From an uncultured Gammaproteobacteria bacterium (GTDB lineage Bacteria; Patescibacteriota; Microgenomatia; Levybacterales; UBA12049): a stretch of 64,000 bases of DNA. Shown here one piece after another: positions 56,534 to 64,000 of this stretch. Below the pieces are notes generated by a model. That model was not told the origin of the DNA. It ran no database searches and saw only the letters and a list, made by a program, of their open reading frames with translations. Position 1 is the first letter of the stretch; every line of letters begins with the position of its first letter. The stretch is from NCBI GenBank assembly GCA_964408485.1, contig CAYOZJ010000002.1:69235-133234 (forward strand). The letters are read 5' to 3'. Made by a program: the position numbers and the translations under genes.

Positions 56534-57103
56534 ATGTCAGAAAATGAAGCACTACTTTTAGTAAATAAAGGCAAAGTGACTCGAGCAAACCGCGTAAGAA
56601 GCAGAATCAGAGGAATTATCGAAGGAGCAGATGAGGTTTTAGAAGTAGATTCTCGTAATAATCCAACCCACGAGCTTGAAGGAGTACTATTTGCTAGGTC
56701 TTTAAGACTACCTGGCGCAACAACAAAAGAGGTTCAGAGAGTAGCAGGACCATGGTTAAAAAGATTGGCAGCAATGCGAAACGTAGCAGGACAACTATAT
56801 GCAGGTGAGTCTGTTTTGCTAAAGACAGCAGAAGAAGGAGATTATCAGGTAGCGGGAGGAGTGTCCAAGGGCGAGTTATTAGCAACAAATTCTCATCTCT
56901 TAATTAGAGAGCTTGATACAAATGAAGAGCTGAGGATTTCACAAAGAAGAGGATGGGAAGGTGGTCTATTTTGGGGACCTGTGACAAAAACGACATTTGA
57001 AGCGGGTGGTAGAAAATATACAGTTAGATCTCAGAGAGATGGAGCTGAGCAAGTGGTCGTTGGTTTTAAATCATCAAAAAAAGGAAAATCAAGAACTTCA
57101 TAA
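56534..57103 (+). CDS. Hypothetical protein
   Basis: TTGACG-N16-TATAAT, 6 nt before ATG. Confidence 0.6.
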   Translation: MSENEALLLVNKGKVTRANRVRSRIRGIIEGADEVLEVDSRNNPTHELEGVLFARSLRLPGATTKEVQRVAGPWLKRLAAMRNVAGQLYAGESVLLKTAEEGDYQVAGGVSKGELLATNSHLLIRELDTNEELRISQRRGWEGGLFWGPVTKTTFEAGGRKYTVRSQRDGAEQVVVGFKSSKKGKSRTS

Positions 57104-57158
57104 CTCCTCTTGGTCCTTTCGACAAACTCCGGGTCAATGCAGAGTAAAAATTACAGTC

Positions 57159-57187
57159 TTGACAAATGCAACTGAGTTGCATATACT
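57159..57187 (+). promoter_or_regulatory. Promoter with a Fur/Zur-type palindrome in the spacer
   Basis: TTGACA (57159) N17 TATACT (57182); ATGCAAC-TGA-GTTGCAT at 57166-57182. Confidence 0.75.
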
Positions 57188-57270
57188 AACAATGTTTGAT
57201 CTTGTATAACTAAGGCAATACATTGATTACATTTGAGAATCTGTCTGCAGCAGGTTTTCAAAATAACTTT

Positions 57271-57687
57271 ATGAATATGCAACACGATTGTTCTATTGAA
57301 TTAAGAGAAGCAGATTTGGCAGCAACACCTGCCAGGATTGCAGCGCTACGATTGTTTGAATCGCATGAATCACCACTAGACGCTGTTCATCTTATCGATC
57401 ATTTGCAAAAAGAATTGGGAATAGACAGAGTAACTGTTTTTCGCATACTTAATGCATTTGTAGAAAAAGGACTTATTACAAAACTAGAATTCGGGGAAGG
57501 GAAGGCACGGTACGAATTAGCAAAGGAAGATCACCATCATATTATTTGTGAAAATTGTGGAGCTGTGGAAGATGTTGCAGATACTGTTTTGCCAGCTTTG
57601 GAGAAACAAATTAGTAAGAAAACAGGGTTTTTAGTAAAACGCCACTCACTTGAATTCTTTGGATTATGTAAAAATTGTCAAGCGTAA
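57271..57687 (+). CDS. Fur-family regulator, probably Zur
   Basis: TPAR, DRVTVFRIL, HHHIICENCG, FFGLCKNC; precedes znuACB. Confidence 0.88.
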   Translation: MNMQHDCSIELREADLAATPARIAALRLFESHESPLDAVHLIDHLQKELGIDRVTVFRILNAFVEKGLITKLEFGEGKARYELAKEDHHHIICENCGAVEDVADTVLPALEKQISKKTGFLVKRHSLEFFGLCKNCQA

Positions 57688-57689
57688 GT

Positions 57690-57807
57690 GTCATCCTGAG
57701 CAAGCTAGAGGATATATTCTTTCCCGACTCGGGACTAGGTTCGCAGAACCGTTGCACACGTTCAGAATGACAATAGGACTGGATCCCGGATCGGAGTCCG
57801 GGATGAC
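57690..57807. repeat. Intergenic composite palindromic elements
   Basis: gtcatcctgagcaagc...cagaatgac plus ctggatcccggatcggagtccgggatgac. Confidence 0.85.
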
Positions 57808-57817
57808 AAATTAATAT

Positions 57818-58732
57818 ATGAAAAAAATATTTATCATTATTTTACTTATTATCCTAGGAGTAGGGGGATTTATTGTTCTAAACAATACACAAAAAGTTAC
57901 GCAAAATTCTAATAAGCTCCAGATTGCCGCATCTTTCTATCCAATGTACTTTTTTGCTTCCCAAATTGCAGGAGATAAGGCGGATGTTTTTAACATTACT
58001 CCCGCATCTGCTGAACCCCATGATTACGAGCCAACCACACAGGATGTTGCAAAAATAACAACAAGCAAGATGCTTATCCTCAATGGTGGCCAGCTCGAAC
58101 CGTGGGGAGACAAAATACAAGATCAATTGAAAGGATCGGACGTTTTGATCGTTACGGCAGGTCAGGGTCTTGCAGATAAGACACTTAATGAGGATGGGAA
58201 GACAATTCAGGATCCACATATTTGGCAAAATCCAGAACTTGCCAAACAACAAGCAGCTGTTATTGAAAAGGGTTTTGAGAAAATTGACTCTAAGAATTCC
58301 AACTATTATAGTGAGAACTTGAAAAAACTAGAAGATGAGCTAGATCAATTAGACAAAGAGTATAAAAATGGTTTAGCAAGCTGCACATTAAAAGATTTTG
58401 TCACTTCTCATGCGGCATTTGGCTATATGGCAGCACAATATGGTATTAACCAAGTAGCAATTAGTGGCGTAAGTCCTGATGAAGAACCATCTTCTCAGAA
58501 GCTTGCAGAGGTAGCAGACTTGGTGAAAAAAGAGCATATTGGTGTGGTCTTTTTTGAAAGTTTGGTCAGTCCAAAATTATCAGAAACAATTGCCCAGGAA
58601 ACAGGAGCAAAGGCTTTAGTGCTTGACCCACTTGAAGGAATTCCACAGGAGGAGGCCCAGAAAGGCGCTAATTATTTTTCTATCATGAGACAAAATTTAG
58701 CTAATCTTCGTACCGCTTTGCAATGTAAGTAG
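57818..58732 (+). CDS. znuA: Zinc ABC transporter substrate-binding protein
   Basis: EPHDYEPT, DPHIW, SHAAFGY, EPS. Confidence 0.92.
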   Translation: MKKIFIIILLIILGVGGFIVLNNTQKVTQNSNKLQIAASFYPMYFFASQIAGDKADVFNITPASAEPHDYEPTTQDVAKITTSKMLILNGGQLEPWGDKIQDQLKGSDVLIVTAGQGLADKTLNEDGKTIQDPHIWQNPELAKQQAAVIEKGFEKIDSKNSNYYSENLKKLEDELDQLDKEYKNGLASCTLKDFVTSHAAFGYMAAQYGINQVAISGVSPDEEPSSQKLAEVADLVKKEHIGVVFFESLVSPKLSETIAQETGAKALVLDPLEGIPQEEAQKGANYFSIMRQNLANLRTALQCK

Positions 58733-58890
58733 GCTTTGTCCTTCGGACACCGGGAAAGCCTGCCGCAAAAGTATTGGCCACCGCCAATATTATTAATAAT
58801 TGCCTGTCGGCATTGCGGTAATTTTTGAGCAAAGCGAGAAGTTCTCACTTTCGTTCGGACAATAGAACCAATATACTAAAGTTAATCCTT

Positions 58891-59637
58891 ATGCATAACG
58901 AAAATATCATTGAGTTAAAAAATGTTTCTTTTTCGTATGGGGAAGAGGCAGTAATAGATAACATTAATTTGTCTGTCCATAAAGGTGATTACTTGGGCAT
59001 TATTGGGCCAAATGGAGGAGGGAAATCAACGCTTCTGCGTCTTATGCTTGGACTTTTAAAGCCAACTCATGGAGAGGTTTTGCTGTATGGGAAAAAGATT
59101 ACGGAATTTAAAGATTGGTCAAAGATAGGCTATGTCAGCCAACATGTAACGCATATTGATCCACATTTCCCTATGACAGTTGAAGAAGTGGTAAGTATGG
59201 GAAGGTATCCAAAAGTAGGGCTTTTTAGAATGCTCTCTCAAAAAGACAAAGATATTGTTAAAGAAGCAATTTGTCAGGTAGAAATGCTGCCATTTCGTAA
59301 CCGTCTGGTAGGAGACCTATCTGGTGGACAACAGCAACGAGTTTTTATTGCCAGAGCGCTGTCTGGTCAACCAGAAGTAATTCTTCTTGATGAACCAACG
59401 GTTGGTGTTGATGAAAAAACCCAAAAGCAATTTTATTCACTTCTTCAAAAATTGAATGTGGAGCTTAATTTAACTCTTATCTTAGTGTCTCACGAATTGG
59501 ATATTGTTGCTCATGAGGCAACAGAGATTGCATATATTAACCGCGAACTTGTCTATCATGGAATTCCTAAGAAATTTCTTCATAGTGAATATTTTGAAAA
59601 ACTAACAGGGAAGGGAGAACACGAGCATAGCTCGTGA
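58891..59637 (+). CDS. znuC: Zinc ABC transporter ATP-binding protein
   Basis: GPNGGGKST, LSGGQQQR, LDEPT. Confidence 0.92.
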   Translation: MHNENIIELKNVSFSYGEEAVIDNINLSVHKGDYLGIIGPNGGGKSTLLRLMLGLLKPTHGEVLLYGKKITEFKDWSKIGYVSQHVTHIDPHFPMTVEEVVSMGRYPKVGLFRMLSQKDKDIVKEAICQVEMLPFRNRLVGDLSGGQQQRVFIARALSGQPEVILLDEPTVGVDEKTQKQFYSLLQKLNVELNLTLILVSHELDIVAHEATEIAYINRELVYHGIPKKFLHSEYFEKLTGKGEHEHSS

Positions 59638-59730
59638 GAAGCAAGAATCATGAATTAAGAATTATGCAGAGGGTTTATTAAAAATAAAGTACCTTATATC
59701 CATAATTCATACTTCTTGATTCATAATTCA
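59636..59730. repeat. Intergenic inverted heptamer arrays
   Basis: agaagca agaatca tgaatta..gaatta tg facing cataatt catactt cttgatt cataatt. Confidence 0.7.
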
Positions 59731-59735
59731 TATTT

Positions 59736-60533
59736 ATGCTAGATATATTTCAATACTCATTCATGATAAGAGCTTTAGAGGTGGGACTCCTTATTGGTGC
59801 GATCGCACCGCTTATTGGTATTTTCTTAGTGCTTCGGAGATATTCACTTATTGCCGATACATTGTCTCATGTCTCTTTAGCAGGTGTTGCTGTAGGCTTA
59901 CTTATAAATGTTAATCCACTCCTTACTGCAATTGGTGCAGCAGCTATTTCGTCGGTCATTATCGAGCGTCTTAGGCTTTCTAAAAGGGTATATGGTGAGT
60001 CTGCCTTGTCTATTTTCCTTTCAGGAAGTCTTGCAGTTGCAATTATTCTTATTAGTCTTGCACATGGATTTCGTGTTGATTTGTTTAACTATCTTTTTGG
60101 AAGTATTGTTACGGTTAAGCAATCTGATGTGTATATTATTCTGGGTGCTGGAATAATTGTTTTTTTAACTATTCTTGCTTTCTATAAAGAGCTTGTCTAT
60201 GTAACATTCGATGAAGAGGCAGCGCAAGTTGGGGGAATTCCAACGAGATTTATTAATATTCTCCTTATTATTCTAGCTGCAATTACTGTAGCGCTTTCTA
60301 TTCCTATTGTTGGTGTCCTTCTTATATCAGCTCTTATTGTTATTCCTGTCGTGACAAGTCTTCAGCTTCAAAAAAGCTTCTTGCAGACTATTTTGTATGC
60401 GGAAGGGATTTCTCTTTTCTCCGTTATTGCAGGTATTATCGGGTCATTTTACTTAAATATTCCAGCAGGTGGAGCCATTGTGGTGATTAATTTAGTTTTG
60501 TTCTGTTTGTCTTTATTGATAAAACAAAAGTAA
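59736..60533 (+). CDS. znuB: Zinc ABC transporter permease
   Basis: DTLSHVSLAG, YLFGSI, FDEEAA, VGVLLISAL. Confidence 0.92.
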   Translation: MLDIFQYSFMIRALEVGLLIGAIAPLIGIFLVLRRYSLIADTLSHVSLAGVAVGLLINVNPLLTAIGAAAISSVIIERLRLSKRVYGESALSIFLSGSLAVAIILISLAHGFRVDLFNYLFGSIVTVKQSDVYIILGAGIIVFLTILAFYKELVYVTFDEEAAQVGGIPTRFINILLIILAAITVALSIPIVGVLLISALIVIPVVTSLQLQKSFLQTILYAEGISLFSVIAGIIGSFYLNIPAGGAIVVINLVLFCLSLLIKQK

Positions 60534-60574
60534 GAGTAGTTTGTCTGGGAAGTGAGTAGGAGTATACCTACTCT

Positions 60575-60814
60575 TTACCTTTCTGTGCTTCCGCCAGAAC
60601 GAATTGCTCTTATGAGGGTTCCTCCGAGGTCTCTTTTGGTAGCTTCATCTGCTACGGCAAATATTGTCCTAAGACCAACCTCTCTTGCGTAAAATTTGAG
60701 CCCATCCTGAAGTAATTCTCTCATTTCTTGAACTGCCTCTCTGCGTACCCGTTCATTTTTTGCAATACGTCGTTGATTCCAAGATATAGCTGCATCAACA
60801 GGTTTAATTCTCAT
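60575..60814 (-). CDS. Small hypothetical protein
   Basis: 79-aa ORF. Confidence 0.5.
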   Translation of the reverse strand: MRIKPVDAAISWNQRRIAKNERVRREAVQEMRELLQDGLKFYAREVGLRTIFAVADEATKRDLGGTLIRAIRSGGSTER

Positions 60815-60911
60815 ATAGCAATACTATATCACGTTTAAAATAAACCGCTTGACTGAATCCTGACAATTATTATAGGTTGACATTTTTAATAGAACGCTGT
60901 ATTATCCCTTC

Positions 60912-61448
60912 ATGGTATTTGGAAGAGCAGCAGAAAGAGTAGAAGCCATTGATAGGATGGTTGGTCGTCTTAACGCAGCGTTTCTTTCTTCTCGCACGCG
61001 AAAACCTTCAGAATCTTCTGCAAAAGGATTACCATCTATTCCTTCCAAGCAATTAGCTATTATCGAGCAAGGGTTACGAAGAGTGGCAAAGAAGAGACCT
61101 TTGTTACCTAGACCTCGCTTTTTTCCTCAAGTTGAAAACACAGAAACCACATTAGCAAGACCAGGCAATGTTGCCGCAGATGTCTATACAGAGACGCAAG
61201 GTTTGGGTGTAGTAGGGGGAGCGGTAAAAGTAGATGCTACTTTGAGACCTCATACTTTTGCTGCATCAATTCCAGGCGTTCCGTATGAAGTAAAAGCTAC
61301 CTATAAAGCGCATGGTCCTCATGACATATTTAGACCCGGTCAAAGCGCAGAACTTGACGTAACGTATTTTGAGTACGATGGGATAGGGCCTGACGGGCGA
61401 ATAAAAGTTAAAGCTGTTGCACATTCCAATAAACCACTTCATCCATAA
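60912..61448 (+). CDS. Hypothetical protein
   Basis: TTGACA-N17-TATTAT, 6 nt before ATG. Confidence 0.6.
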   Translation: MVFGRAAERVEAIDRMVGRLNAAFLSSRTRKPSESSAKGLPSIPSKQLAIIEQGLRRVAKKRPLLPRPRFFPQVENTETTLARPGNVAADVYTETQGLGVVGGAVKVDATLRPHTFAASIPGVPYEVKATYKAHGPHDIFRPGQSAELDVTYFEYDGIGPDGRIKVKAVAHSNKPLHP

Positions 61449-61526
61449 GATCTAATCCAACGCTCCAGAAGTAGTTGTTCCACATGAAGAGATTCTTTAA
61501 AGTAGAGAAGATTTTTTGATTTAACC

Positions 61527-62327
61527 TTATTTTGCTAGTGCGGCATCGATTGCGGCTTTGAATTGTGCGTAAGGTACTGCACCGGAGATAAGAACACCGT
61601 TAACAAATGTTGCTGGTGTTCCATTAACACCTGCTTTTTGTCCGTCATTATAATCCGCAGTTGCTTTACTGTCTTCTTTTTTAGTATCTAGACAGGTCTT
61701 GAAGTCATCACCATTCATACCCAGGCTGACAGCTGTTTTCGTAAGATTATCGGTAGTGTACATGGATGTATCAGACTCATCTGGTTGATTCTTGTATAGC
61801 CAGTCATGATAATCCCAGAATTTTCCTTGATCATTTGCGCATTCTGCTGCATCTGCTGCAACATTACTTGCTGGTCCAAGGAAGGGGAATTGTCTAAATG
61901 CAAACTTTACTTTGCCCGTATCCACATAGTCTTTAATCAACTGAGGCTCAACTTTTGTAAAGAATTGTTCACAGTATGGGCATCTAAAATCTGCAAATTC
62001 TATAATAGTTACTTTTGCATCTTTATTTCCTAAGACTGGAAAATGACCAACAGATACATCAACTGGAGCTCCTTGTGCAGCAGCGGGAGCTGTACCTGCA
62101 TCTTGTGTTCCGGCTGTTTGAGCGGGTGCATATGCGCTACCACTAACCCAGAAAACTTTTGTTAATAATGATCCTAGAAGAAAGGACGCAACAAGAAGAA
62201 GAGCCATAAGGACTGGTGTCCAAGACGAGGGAAGTGGAACTCTAGATGGAATTGTAAAAGAGACTGTTCGTTTTTTAGATTCTGCTGGAGTGGATTCTGT
62301 ATGCTCTGAGGTTTTTCGTGTTGGCAT
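61527..62327 (-). CDS. DsbA-family thioredoxin-fold oxidoreductase
   Basis: TM anchor, EFADFRCPYC, GVNGTPATFVNG. Confidence 0.92.
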   Translation of the reverse strand: MPTRKTSEHTESTPAESKKRTVSFTIPSRVPLPSSWTPVLMALLLVASFLLGSLLTKVFWVSGSAYAPAQTAGTQDAGTAPAAAQGAPVDVSVGHFPVLGNKDAKVTIIEFADFRCPYCEQFFTKVEPQLIKDYVDTGKVKFAFRQFPFLGPASNVAADAAECANDQGKFWDYHDWLYKNQPDESDTSMYTTDNLTKTAVSLGMNGDDFKTCLDTKKEDSKATADYNDGQKAGVNGTPATFVNGVLISGAVPYAQFKAAIDAALAK

Positions 62328-62505
62328 AATAAAGAGTATACCGAGTTCTTAACAAATATGTCAAGAAACAAAAGCATATTTCTATTGCTAAATTACTATA
62401 TTGCTAAATTGTTATTAACAATATAAGAATTTGTTAATTTAACAATTTCGTTTTACTCAATGTGACAGTTGTTTGTAATACTACATGTATAGTAATGTAA
62501 AAGGT

Positions 62506-63504
62506 ATGAGTAAAATAATCTTCTTTGAAGTACAAGAGTGGGAAAAGGAATTTTTAGAAAAAGCATTTGGGGAAAGGGCAGTGTTAACCGATAAAACATT
62601 AGATGCAACAAATGTTTTGGAATATAAAGACATAGAAATTGCTTCTTGTTTTCGAAATTCAACTTTTAATAAACAAGTTTTAGACCAGCTTCCTCATTTA
62701 AAATATATTACAGCTCGCGCAACAGGATTTGACCAGATAGATATTGCGTATTGCACAGAAAAGGGAATCGTTGTGAGTAATGTGCCAGCATATGGAGTGC
62801 ATACTGTTGCCGAGCATGCTTTTACGCTTATGCTTGCTTTAGCAAAAAAACTTATTCCCTCAATTGAGCGTACACGAAAAGGGGATTTCAGCCTGAAAGA
62901 TCTCATGGGAATAGATTTAAATACTAAAACACTTGGTATTGTTGGTGCGGGGAAGATTGGAACAGCGGTTATTCATATTGCCAGATGTTTTGGTATGCAT
63001 ATACTCATTCTTAAGCATCACGATGAAATAAGTGAAAATAGTAACATAGAATATGTTGATTTACCCACACTTCTGAAAAGATCTGATTTTGTTACACTCC
63101 ATTTGCCCCTTACCCAACAGACAAAACATATTATTAATAAGCAAAATATTAAAGAGTTTAAAAAGGGGTCGTACCTTATTAATACAGCTCGGGGAGGACT
63201 TATTGAAACAGAGGCAATTTTGGATGGACTGGAGAGTGGAATTTTGGCAGGAGTAGGACTTGATGTATTGGAAGATGAGAAAATGATTAGTGAAGAAGGG
63301 GAATTATTATCTAACAAGCCGCTACATGAGCATCCATCGGGGACAGAAAGAATTGAAATGGAGCTTCTTAAAAGAGACGATGTGCTCATAACTCCCCATA
63401 AAGCTTTTTATACACAGGAAGCAGTACACGAGCTTTTGGAAGTAACGAAAGAAAATATAGAGAAGTTTGAAAAAGGCGAGCCACAGAATGTTGTAGAAAG
63501 TTAA
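62506..63504 (+). CDS. D-isomer-specific 2-hydroxyacid (D-lactate-like) dehydrogenase
   Basis: GFDQID, NVPAYG, GAGKIG, LHLPL, INTARG, LDVLE, TPH.AFYT; start may be 62485. Confidence 0.9.
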   Translation: MSKIIFFEVQEWEKEFLEKAFGERAVLTDKTLDATNVLEYKDIEIASCFRNSTFNKQVLDQLPHLKYITARATGFDQIDIAYCTEKGIVVSNVPAYGVHTVAEHAFTLMLALAKKLIPSIERTRKGDFSLKDLMGIDLNTKTLGIVGAGKIGTAVIHIARCFGMHILILKHHDEISENSNIEYVDLPTLLKRSDFVTLHLPLTQQTKHIINKQNIKEFKKGSYLINTARGGLIETEAILDGLESGILAGVGLDVLEDEKMISEEGELLSNKPLHEHPSGTERIEMELLKRDDVLITPHKAFYTQEAVHELLEVTKENIEKFEKGEPQNVVES

Positions 63505-63530
63505 CAGAAGCTTGATTCAGTCTCCTTTCA

Positions 63531-63729
63531 TTGTCATTTCGAACAAAATGAGAAATCTTTTCTTTTTAACTTCTCTTGTACCGACAAGAGAAGCAGAAGC
63601 TCTCGCCAGGCCTTGTTCCAGCTTTCAAAAAAGAGCTTCAAAGCTAAAAGTACGCAGTTCGCTTTCACTTTCTTAACGCTTTTCCGCTCTTTTTCTCTCG
63701 CAGTCACAGCGGATTGGCGAATAAAGACC
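63531..63729. repeat. ~200-nt structured dispersed repeat, copy 2
   Basis: Sibling of 52002-52214. Confidence 0.88.
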
Positions 63730-63790
63730 GCGGAAAATTTACCTCATAGTTGTTGACTTTTTTCAAAAAGAGAGTAGAATGCAAACCAGT

Positions 63791-64000
63791 ATGGTAGTTG
63801 ATAGAGCAGAACAAGCAGCAGCAATAGAGGAAGCACATCAAGCGGCAGAAAGTTTATTAAGAGAAGTTACCCCCAACGAACAACGCAGAACTAGAGATGA
63901 GAATGGTGTCTACAGCGGATACTTTGGAGTAAATGGTACATCTATTGATGTTTTTCAAGATTCAACAGGACACGTAAAAAGCATACGTGTAAGATATCCT
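63791..64000 (+). CDS. Hypothetical protein, runs off the window end
   Basis: Open frame MVVDRAEQAAAIEE... preceded by TTGACT..TAGAAT. Confidence 0.55.
   Translation, partial: MVVDRAEQAAAIEEAHQAAESLLREVTPNEQRRTRDENGVYSGYFGVNGTSIDVFQDSTGHVKSIRVRYP

Noticed and set aside
24453-62448. CRISPR array interpretation of the repeats
   Set aside because: No regularly spaced 25-45-nt repeats with unique spacers, and no cas genes.

Overview
A 64-kb, AT-rich, gene-dense chromosomal segment, most likely from a Patescibacteria/CPR bacterium of the Microgenomates type. This call is inferred from gene content: archaeal-type PyrH, ATP-dependent DNA ligase, stand-alone 5'-3' exonuclease, CvpA-CAP fusion, VirD4-like ATPase, DUF5667/DUF5654 proteins and many orphan genes. 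Housekeeping genes include pbp1A, gap, nrdR-nrdJ, murI, murD, tgt, trpS, mutY, ftsH, pyrH, recF, nnrD, lig, pth, zur-znuACB and dsbA. Main observations: (1) a dense population of short palindromic elements (often GTCA...TGAC-ended) and 7-9-nt tandem repeats, many lying in frame inside conserved genes; (2) a four-helix-bundle gene flanked by inverted octamer arrays, with an 'empty' copy of the same arrays about 10 kb away; (3) two leader-peptide attenuators coupled to the upstream gene's stop codon (His-His before a PepD-like dipeptidase, Trp after a TrpR-like repressor and upstream of trpS); (4) a cobalamin-riboswitch-controlled B12 salvage module directly behind class II RNR; (5) a group I intron in an atypical tRNA-fMet, plus a rare tRNA-Ile(UAU); (6) a duplicated ~200-nt structured element; (7) widespread apparently leaderless promoters. 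All calls were made by eye from motifs; no searches or folding programs were run.
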